From positions 1-7,663 of the forward strand of contig BAAFSQ010000404.1 in the NCBI GenBank assembly GCA_054661495.1: a stretch of 7,663 nt of DNA, written 5' to 3'. This DNA comes from Zygophlyctis sp. KS116. Its lineage: Eukaryota > Fungi > Chytridiomycota. The translations under genes and the position numbers were made by a program. The notes under the pieces were generated by a model, which was given only the letters and a program-made list of their open reading frames with translations, was not told the origin of the DNA and did no database searches. Positions 1 to 7,167 of the stretch are shown piece after piece (position 1 is the first letter of the stretch; each line of letters begins with the position of its first letter).

Positions 1-595
1 TTTTTTCATCTGATATTAAGTCTTTTTCCGTAAAGGAAAACCACATAATTTTGAATCTTTCTAGTATTCAAAATTTATATGCAATCAGGAATCAACCGAA
101 AATTTAGAAAATGGTTTCAATGGAAATGATTGCTGTTCTACAGGCAAAGTACCTGGAGAGAAGTGATCTTTTGAATTTAGCCATGGGAAACTCAAAGCTA
201 TATAAAACTTTGAAACTTGAACTATTTTCTCATCTTGTAATCAATTCAACTCTAGGGGTGGCATCTCTCATCAAAAGAATCAATCAAAATCAAGAAATTG
301 GTATTCACTTTTAGGAACAATGCAGGCTTGATTATCTGTATTTAAATCTACAGATATGTCATGAATTCCACTAGTATTGTCACTAGTATTTTCAAATGCA
401 GTATAATTAATAATATCGTCTAATGCAATAGTATTGTTAGCAGATTCTTTTTCATATTTTGCAAAATAAGCAATAGTGCGCTGAGTTGCCTCTTTTTTTC
501 AGCTGTTTCTTTGTCTTGTTCTCTCTGTAATTTGGCATGACTCGACCATGCTTTGTAATGATAATAGGCCCCCCCTTATTGATACACTTTTCTTA
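1..595 (-). pseudogene. Degenerate coding remnant, possibly the Helitron Rep-helicase linker region
   Basis: One minus-strand frame from 480 downward reads RTIAYFAKYEKE...CIVPKSEYQFLDFD*FF**EMPPLELN*LQDEKIVQVSKFYIALSFPWLNSKDHF. The order F-x3-Y-x-K ... lP ... L-x-F-PW-x3-D resembles my recollection of the Helitron 'L-x-LF-x-PWR-x3-DL' linker. It has several in-frame stops, and the boundaries are approximate. Confidence 0.3.
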
Positions 596-597
596 CT

Positions 598-1418
598 ATG
601 AAAGCTGAACAACAAAAACAACAAAAAGTCGAATTTTCTGTGAGACCAGAAGCAGGTTCTCCTAAGATCCATCTCGTTTATTTCGAGGGTAAGCCCTCTG
701 ACAACAACGCCGAGTGGATTGATGAATTCGAACGTGTCCGATCTATTTGTGACTGGTCTAATCAAGCCTCGGTCCAATATTTAACGCTTGTCTGTCGAGG
801 GGTGGCATATGAAACGATCAAACCGATCATTCCAAAGGGAATGAAAACCCGGACATCTACGAATGCTGCAGACCTCGAACTCGAAATGGCAAAACCGTTG
901 GATAAAATGTTGAAAGCACTTAACGCACGTTTCCTCCCGTCTACTCGCTATGATGAATGGCTAAATGGATTTCTTTCTCTGAAGCAATCTTCTACTCAAA
1001 CGATCGCACAATTCGCTCATCAGATCGATAAGGCTTTCAAGAGAGTCAATCAGGCAGCTGGGACAGGCTCAGGAAATAAATTGCTGGATGACGACATGCG
1101 AAGAATGGTCTTCCAACGTGGAGTCAAGCCAGAGATACGTCAAGTCGTACTATTTTACCATTCTTTACAATACACAGAAATGGTCTCTCAAGCGGAAAGA
1201 TACGAAACGGCGATCAAAACTTATTCTGTGATAGACAATCGGAAAGACAACTCGTCTACATCTAATTCACAGAAGTACCCCTAGAAAAACTCCAAGGATG
1301 CGTCCTCTTCCAAACCGGACAATTCCGCGGACAACTCGTCGGACAAGAAGAACATGAAATGTAATTACTGTGGCAAATTGGGTCACACTGACAAGCGATG
1401 TTTTAAGAAGAAGAAAGA
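598..1418 (+). pseudogene. gag: Gag (capsid-like domain plus CCHC zinc knuckle) interrupted by TAG at 1282-1284
   Basis: Retrotransposon gag-like motifs: FEG...WIDEFE and LKQSSTQTIAQF...FQRGVKPEIR. The same frame stays open after the TAG (KNSKDASSSKPDNSADNSSDKKNMK) into CNYCGKLGHTDKRC, a CX2CX4HX4C knuckle at 1360-1401. Confidence 0.9.
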
Positions 1419-2998
1419 ACTCCTAATTCAACGGATGCTTCGCCTGTTCAGGAAGAAGACTCAAACGCGGTTACCATGTCAATTGTGGCGCCTCAAAAGC
1501 CTTGTTTTGAATTATTTATCAATCAAATTCCAGTGGTCTGCTTGCTTGATACTGGTTCATCATGCTCATTAATTCGACGCTCCTGCGCAAAAGCGTGCAA
1601 ACTTCCAGTGGGTGAATTATCTACTACTATCTCAATTTCGGGATATGATAAGACATCTACTGTCTCTACTACTGGTGCGACCTTGGATTTTCCTGATTAC
1701 TCTTGGATTCCGGTCACGGCAGTTGTCATGGAGAAAACAAACCACGACCTTATTTTGGGAATGGATTTTCTTCAAGCTAACAACGCGATTTTGGATTTTG
1801 CTAATAGTTATATTAGAATTGGTTCTCAAACTTTATCTCCTGCGTCAAATAAACTCTGGAAGATTCTTGATTCTGTGGAATGTTGCGCGACAGATGTGGA
1901 CTTTAACCCAGATGCGATGCTGCATGAACAACTGCTCGCCAGTACTCCTTCCTCTGCCGCTGTAGAAATGGTCATTTTACAATGCCTCTCTACTATGGAG
2001 TCTCAATCTCCTGCTGTCTTGGAACGTTTTACAAAAATTTTAAATTCTGTGGCGGCGGCTCTTTCTGGACTTGGTACGATTTCAGGTGTTGAACATTCGA
2101 TCAATCTTTCGTCGGATGCTCCGATTCGGCAACGCCCCTATCGTGTTCCGTATTCTCTTGTACCGAAAGTGAAACAACACATTAAGGAGTTACTCGATTT
2201 AGGAATTATTCAACGTAACACTTCTGCGTATGGTTGCCCTAGTTTTCCGTTGGTAAAACCTGATGGGGACATTCGCCTCCTGATTGATTACAGGAAACTC
2301 AATGCGATCACGGTAAAATCTGGTTACCCTAACAAGAGGACGGATGATATGCTCTATCGTCTCCAAGGCTCAAAGATTTTTTCTAGTCTTGACCTCAATA
2401 AAGGATACTACCAAATCCTAGTCAAGAAATCAGATAGACATAAAACAGCGTTTATTTCTCCGGATGGACACTATGAATTTACTCGGATGCCATTTGGTCT
2501 GACGGACGCGCCAATGACGTTCCAGCGTGCGATGGATAATTTGTTCGGTCATCTATCTTTTATTTCAGTCTATCTTGATGATTTATTGATCCATTCTGTG
2601 GATGCAAATTCACATCTCTCTCATTTAGAAGAAGTTTTTCGAATTCTCAAAGTTAATGGAATTTCTCTCAATTGTCTCAATTGGCAAAAATGTCGGTTCT
2701 TTCGCTCTGAATTGGTTTATTTGGGATTTTTAATTGATTCTTCCGGTTTACGCCCAGCCACGAAAAATGTTCAAGCTCTCTTGGAGCTTCCTTCGCCCAA
2801 ATCGGTCAAGGATGTTCGTTCAGTTCTTGGCTCATTGAATTTCTTTCGAACTTTAATTCCTAATGCTAGTCAGCGATTACTTCCTCTCACGCGATTACTT
2901 TCTCCAGCGACTACTTTTAATTGGTCTCCTGCGGAAGAAATGGCTCTTCGCTCTACAATTGATCTTTTAGTTCATCATGGAAAAATTTACCATCCACT
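1407..2998 (+). CDS. pol: Pol: aspartic protease plus reverse transcriptase and connection domain
   Basis: Protease LLDTGS (Asp at 1548-1550) and DLILGMDFL. RT motifs RLLIDYRKLN, SSLDLNKGYYQI, KTAF, YEFTRMPFGL and YLDD (2571-2582). The frame is open from 1407, after TAA at 1404-1406, and is -1 relative to gag. Confidence 0.95.
2666..2683 (+). repeat. Exact 9-bp tandem duplication TCTCAATTG x2 inside RT
   Basis: 2666-2674 is identical to 2675-2683. It turns the expected LNxxKC motif into LNCLNWQKC. Confidence 0.9.
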
Positions 2999-3079
2999 AA
3001 AATTGGTCAACATTTTATCTTGTATACGGATGCTTCAGATTTTGCTGTAGGTGCAGTTATTCTTCAAAATGATTTACCT
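2999..3079 (+). pseudogene. N-terminal fragment of Ty3-type RNase H (frameshifted, remainder deleted)
   Basis: A frame missed by the ORF track reads KIGQHFILYTDASDFAVGAVILQNDLP, the TDAS-x2-A-x-GAVL-x-Q motif. Homology stops at about 3079, and the later RNase H motifs are absent. Confidence 0.9.
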
Positions 3080-3081
3080 AA

Positions 3082-4356
3082 GACTCAGATTCTCTTTGCT
3101 CTCATTTCAAAAAGATTCTTGATGGTTCTGTTTCTCTAGACTCTTTGTCTCCTGTTGATCGACGACTGTATCGCTCTCTTTCTCTACGTTCCTTGGATAA
3201 ATTATCTATTTGGATTCACGGCGATTCTGCAATTTACGTGCCTACTTTTTCGGATATTCGCTCTTCTCTTCTTTCATGGGTACACTCTGCTTTTCAACAT
3301 CCTGGTGTTTCTCGTTCGCTTGGAATTCTTCGCTCTTTAGTTTATTGGCCTGATATCAGTGTTGATACAACTCACTTAGTAAATTCTTGCATTCCTTGTC
3401 AAACAATGAAACCAGCTCATCATTCTTATGGTATTCTCCAGGGGAAGCTGGGTGCTGATCGTCCTTTCCAAATTATTCATATTGATTTGATTGGTCCCTT
3501 CTCTGATCCGGACGCTCAAGATTCTCCAGATGTGGACTTTGAATTGTTGGACAAATTTAAATATGCTATGACTATGATCGATTCTTATTCCAAGTGGATT
3601 GAAATCTTTCCTTTAGCTGATATTGAAGCTGTCTCTATTTGCAAAGCCTTTGATGATAATTGGCTCTGTCGTTATCCACGCCCGTCTTCTGTTGTCTCGG
3701 ACAACGGTACTCAATTTATTTCAAGTGAATTCCATGAATTGTTAACTTCCTATGGTATTGATCATAATTTAACAGCTACCTACAATCCTCAAGCAAACTC
3801 AATGGTCGAACGTGTACATGGCACGATAAACTCGATGCTTCGTTGCTCGGACACTCTCTACTGGTACGATGCCCTCCCAGCAATTTCCTGGTCTTTACGT
3901 GCTGGCTATCACCAGGCTCTCAAGACTTCACCCGGTCAAATTGTCTATGGCATGAATATGCTTCAACCTGTTTTTTCTCCCACTCACGTTAGTTCTGATG
4001 TCGATAATCGAATCAAGAAAGTACGATTCGATCAACAATCCAAAGACCTCATTCGTGCAAACCGTTCACGTATTGATCATGAATTTAAAGTAAATGATTA
4101 TGTTGTTATTCGATCTCCTCAAATTGATAATCTCAGTAAATTTGATCCTCGGTTCTATGGACCTTACTTAATTACTAAAATTGATGCTGATCTCAATACT
4201 GCTACTTGTGATGTTGATGGTACTCCAACTCGTGTTAATTTTCGCCGATTAAAACCATTCAAAGGAAAGGTACCTCTTGGGGAAGCTGGATGTCATGACA
4301 TGGACCATATTCTAGATGTCGTTCATTCACCTATCTCTTTGTCCGAAGTGACGTGA
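3082..4356 (+). CDS. Integrase (HHCC zinc finger, DDE core, GPY/F motif); no chromodomain
   Basis: HSAFQHPG...CIPC; HIDLIGPF, SDNGTQF and VERVH supply D, D and E; RFYGPYLI; RRLKPF. The frame is open from 3082, upstream of the TTG start called at 3145. Confidence 0.95.
   Translation, partial: DSDSLCSHFKKILDGSVSLDSLSPVDRRLYRSLSLRSLDKLSIWIHGDSAIYVPTFSDIRSSLLSWVHSAFQHPGVSRSLGILRSLVYWPDISVDTTHLVNSCIPCQTMKPAHHSYGILQGKLGADRPFQIIHIDLIGPFSDPDAQDSPDVDFELLDKFKYAMTMIDSYSKWIEIFPLADIEAVSICKAFDDNWLCRYPRPSSVVSDNGTQFISSEFHELLTSYGIDHNLTATYNPQANSMVERVHGTINSMLRCSDTLYWYDALPAISWSLRAGYHQALKTSPGQIVYGMNMLQPVFSPTHVSSDVDNRIKKVRFDQQSKDLIRANRSRIDHEFKVNDYVVIRSPQIDNLSKFDPRFYGPYLITKIDADLNTATCDVDGTPTRVNFRRLKPFKGKVPLGEAGCHDMDHILDVVHSPISLSEVT
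4279..4290 (+). promoter_or_regulatory. Putative polypurine tract (plus-strand primer)
   Basis: GGGGAAGCTGGA lies just after the integrase C-terminal motif and directly abuts TGTCATGACA. Confidence 0.65.
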
Positions 4357-4400
4357 ACGATGGGAAAGTAGATTACTTGAACGATGGGAAAGCAGGTTGG
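4291..4400 (+). repeat. Putative start (U3) of the 3' LTR, probably truncated; contains a 24-bp-period repeat
   Basis: Begins with TG after the PPT. TGAACGATGGGAAAG occurs at 4354-4368 and 4378-4392. With no second LTR copy in the window, the end cannot be fixed. Confidence 0.55.
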
Positions 4401-4495
4401 AAGAAGGATTAATATATTTTGATTCTTAAATCTTTTGATATATTGACTGATCCTTTAGTGTGTGATAATAAGGCTCAATTACCAAAGTTCACACT

Positions 4496-4903
4496 ATGAT
4501 CTCAGGCAATAGATTAGACTCTAGTCTATTAGATGCAGTTGATGATATATTACCCGGAGATTTCATTTGTGTAAATCCTTTGACAGATGAAGTCATTGCT
4601 TCATCTGATTTACTAAATAAGTCGGGTAATAGGAATCAAACAGCAAGAGTGAAAAGGTGTAATAAAGCAATATATATTGTGCAGCAGCATACTCAGGGAT
4701 CAAGAGCGGAAAAACACAAAGGAAGAAGGCAAGTAAATACATTGATTAGAGAAAATGATGGCGCTAATATTTTTTACACAGTTTCTAGTGCTGAAATACA
4801 TTGGCCAGAAGTTCAAAGACTTATCAGACAAAGAAAATATATTGCCGAGAATCACGTAAGGCCTTCAAATTACAAAGAAGTAGTACAATTTACATATAAA
4901 AAA
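4496..4903 (+). pseudogene. Helitron Rep-region fragment (Helitron_like_N type)
   Basis: TQGSRAEKHKGRRQVNTLIRENDGANIFYTVSSAEIHWPEV (4691-4813) matches the Helitron pattern GS...R-x2-L-x-A-x-I-x3-G-x-P-x2-F-x-T-x-S-x-A-D/E-x2-WPE. The downstream HUH and Y2 motifs and the Pif1 helicase are absent. Confidence 0.7.
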
Positions 4904-5479
4904 CGCATTTCAAATGTAGCAAATTTTCCTCTAACCCAGACTCTGTAATAATCATGTGTGGCTAAATGATGAAATGATTAATGCTTATCTACATTTGTTA
5001 GAAGCTGCGTATGAGTCTTCAATGTTCTTCAATACTCATTTCATAATAAGTCTTCAATCTGGTTTAAATGTTACAAATTTCATTTCAAATAAGAAAACTC
5101 TGCTAAACTATGCAAAATTGTTTTTTCCTATAAATATTGGCAATGTTCACTGGTATATTAATCATATTAACTTCGAAAGGGCATTAGGAGTACTCGATAC
5201 AGAAGCTTCTACATTTACTTATTATGGTTCCATAATTGACAATGATGAAACTGGGTATTTTGTATTTTCGATGGTATCATTGAATTCATCCAAGCTTTTA
5301 CTGGACATAAATTAAATGTGCAGTATACACTCGGCCAATCTTCAAAGCAATATGATCAAAACTCTTGTGGAGTTTATATTTGTTACACTGGGCATAGAAT
5401 TGCAAAGAATGAATCAATTGTTATTCATCCGAATGATGTAAAGAAGTATCGATTAAAGATGGCACGAAATTTGGCTTGA
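4904..5479 (+). pseudogene. Ulp1/SENP-family cysteine protease (Peptidase C48), two frameshifts, catalytic Asp replaced by Gly
   Basis: WLNDEMINAY, FFNTHF and FFPINIGNVHW|ALGVLD after splicing (His at 5148-5150). TYYGS stands where YYDS is expected. In the -1 frame, KQYDQNSCGVYIC (Gln 5348, Cys 5366) ... YRLKMARNLA* ends at TGA 5477-5479. Frameshifts lie near 4935-4945 and 5250-5265. Confidence 0.9.
5153..5179 (+). other. 27-nt GT-AG spliceosomal mini-intron
   Basis: GTATATTAATCATATTAACTTCGAAAG, with a branch-like TTAAC. Its removal restores HWALGVLD and the 17-residue spacing from His to the catalytic Asp position. Confidence 0.8.
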
Positions 5480-5980
5480 AGTCTTTACTAAATAGGTCAG
5501 AAGCTTTGAATTATTAAGTAAAATCTAATAAATTATATCTACAATACAATAAGTTTTAGGTAAATTCAATCCATGTGAGTGCTCAACTAACGACTTTGGT
5601 GGGGAGGAGGGGTTATAATAATAGAATAAATGGCTCTCAAGAGGAGTTTTGACAATGGGATAGCCTATATAAGGTGCTATACTAAGCTGTCGGCCTTAGG
5701 TGGCTAGCGGCTGGAAGCCTCTGCGCGATAAAAAAAAATATGGTAGATTAAAATTTCATCTTAGTTTTGGAATCTTTTTAGCTAGAGCGTGGATTAAATG
5801 ATTCATCATTTCTAAATTCTCAAATTTAAGTATGGACAAACATTTAGATGTACTTTAAAGAAAAGACACTGTCAACCAAAAATCTTTAAAGAATTTTGCC
5901 TTGATAATACAAACTCAATAAGCCAACTACTCAACTTTATCTAATGGTTATGTAATAACATTTCATATTAAATGCATAGC

Positions 5981-6145
5981 AATGTGACTGGGACTTACGT
6001 TAATATAAACTGTCCAGCAGGTCGATTTTACTCTTCCTCTTCTAGAAAATGAACCTTTTGTCCAGCAGGTCATTACGCTACTGTTGGGTCAACTATTTGC
6101 GCATTATGTACAGCAGCTCAATTCTCTCCTCCTGGCTCAACTAGT
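5981..6145 (+). pseudogene. Cys-rich GCC2/GCC3 (ephrin-receptor-like) repeat fragment of an extracellular protein
   Basis: NVTGTYVNINCPAGRFYSSSSRK*TFCPAGHYATVGSTICALCTAAQFSPPGSTS contains three CPAG-x-Y/F...C-x2-C units. TGA at 6050-6052 sits at a Cys position. The DNA repeat TGTCCAGCAGGTC occurs at 6011 and 6059. Confidence 0.75.
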
Positions 6146-6155
6146 GTGACTTATC

Positions 6156-6362
6156 TCATGCACTTCTAATTCGCACCAATTCTGTGGGGTCGTGCGATTG
6201 ACCTTCATCCAAGTATGCATTCTTTTTACGATTCATGGGTGGCAAGAACAATAAACCAAGCCTACAAGTTACCATTAAAGCTATTTTACCTCTTCTATCA
6301 CATACAGCACTGCCGATTAACGTAAAACAGTGGAAGGTAGTTTCGCATACTCTGCCACGAAG
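6156..6362 (-). pseudogene. Possible internally deleted PIF/Harbinger-type DDE transposase remnant
   Basis: A 68-codon stop-to-stop frame reads ...FHCFTLIGSAVCDRRGKIALMVTCRLG-LLFLPPMNRKKNAYLDEGQSHDPTELVRIRSA*. The two halves resemble the 'QAVCDxxGxF' and 'LxTPxxxxxLTxxExxFNxxLSxxR' blocks. No catalytic residues are confirmed. Confidence 0.3.
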
Positions 6363-6657
6363 CTAAAACCTAATTTTCTTTTTTCATTAATATTATTGTA
6401 AATTATATCAAATGAGTTTTCCTAATTTTTGTGTGGAAATTTTCATAGACTTTCAAATACAATTCTGTGTTTAAAGGCTAGAATATACCTTCTAAAATTT
6501 TTGATTTAAATTGATTTTGACGCATTTTTCCAAACGACACATTTGATGATTGAAGCAAGTCGCGATAAATCTTTAATTAAAATTTAATAACATACCTCTC
6601 TAATAAACCATCATGATTTTTATCATCCATATTGAGAAATTTGATCATTGTTTCAGG

Positions 6658-7167
6658 GTGAATGCAACCGACAAAGTTTAAAGCTACAGTTGGAATCTCA
6701 ATCACATCCTTGGTCTTGGTAACCCTAAGTACATTGTTGTCATAAAATAAGTTTCAGCTTCGTTCGCAACCTGAAGCATCGCAATAAGGAGTATATTGTT
6801 AAAGGCTCTTCCCAAGCAAGATGAATATGAGGCTCTATGTAGCAATTCGATCCTATTAAGAACGAAATTATTGGTATTAAGACTGCTAATATTGCAATTG
6901 GATCTACCGCTAATGATCCACCTACTGGTTATGTTATTATATTATTAATCTTATTGACTAGTTCTGCTGTAAGAGATCCACAACAGTCTTGAATTTAGGG
7001 TACGGCTCCTAACCAATCATATATTCTATTTTTAGTCATTTGAATATTACCTCTGATTCACGGTGTCCTCATGATTTTTTCTACCTTATTTCTTTGTCGG
7101 CCTATATTATTAAACATCATTGAGATGCTCCTCTCTATGACAGGAGAAGATTCATACCCTTCGCAGG
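6658..7167 (+). pseudogene. Decayed multi-exon gene of unknown family with candidate mini-introns
   Basis: Protein-like segments (SYSWNLNHILGLGNPN|FVRNLKHRNKEYIVK; QFDPIKNEIIGIKTANIAIGSTANDPPTG; HLNITSDSRCPHDFFY) are separated by AT-rich GT..AG segments at 6729-6757, 6928/6933-6961 and 7000-7035. It has several stops. Confidence 0.3.

Larger units (their letters stand above)
598..4400 (+). mobile_element. Decayed, 5'-truncated Ty3/Gypsy LTR retrotransposon
   Basis: Domain order Gag-PR-RT-RH-INT is the Ty3/Gypsy order, followed by a purine tract and a TG start at 4291. No matching 5' LTR or PBS is visible. The 3' boundary is approximate. Confidence 0.95.

Noticed and set aside
111-314. 67-aa plus-strand ORF
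   Set aside because: No recognisable motif; it lies antisense to the more protein-like minus-strand relic.
369-390. CACTAGTATT x2 as a Helitron CTAG|T 3' end
   Set aside because: There is no preceding GC-rich hairpin; it is explained as a 12-bp duplication encoding NTS twice on the minus strand.
357-490. Possible 5' LTR starting TGTCATGA at 357 and PBS-like TAGTGCGCTGAG near 474
   Set aside because: Only 8 bp match the 3' LTR start, and the PBS candidate lacks the required TGG.
499-777. 92-aa minus-strand ORF
   Set aside because: Mostly an antisense shadow of gag, with no motif.
1612-1965. Alternate-frame and antisense ORFs inside pol (also 1632-1829 and 3155-3340)
   Set aside because: These are shadows of protease and integrase coding sequence. 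Their hydrophobic look comes from T-rich codon usage, and they are not env-like genes.
1891-3540. 14-nt exact repeat CAGATGTGGACTTT at 1891-1904 and 3527-3540
   Set aside because: One 14-mer match in 7.7 kb of biased sequence is not clearly above chance.
4354-4392. CRISPR-like direct repeat
   Set aside because: Only two 15-bp units with a 9-bp gap, in a eukaryotic LTR context with no cas genes.
6050-6052. TGA read as Cys or selenocysteine
   Set aside because: Other Cys codons in the window's coding frames are TGT/TGC, I see no SECIS, and the region is otherwise decayed.
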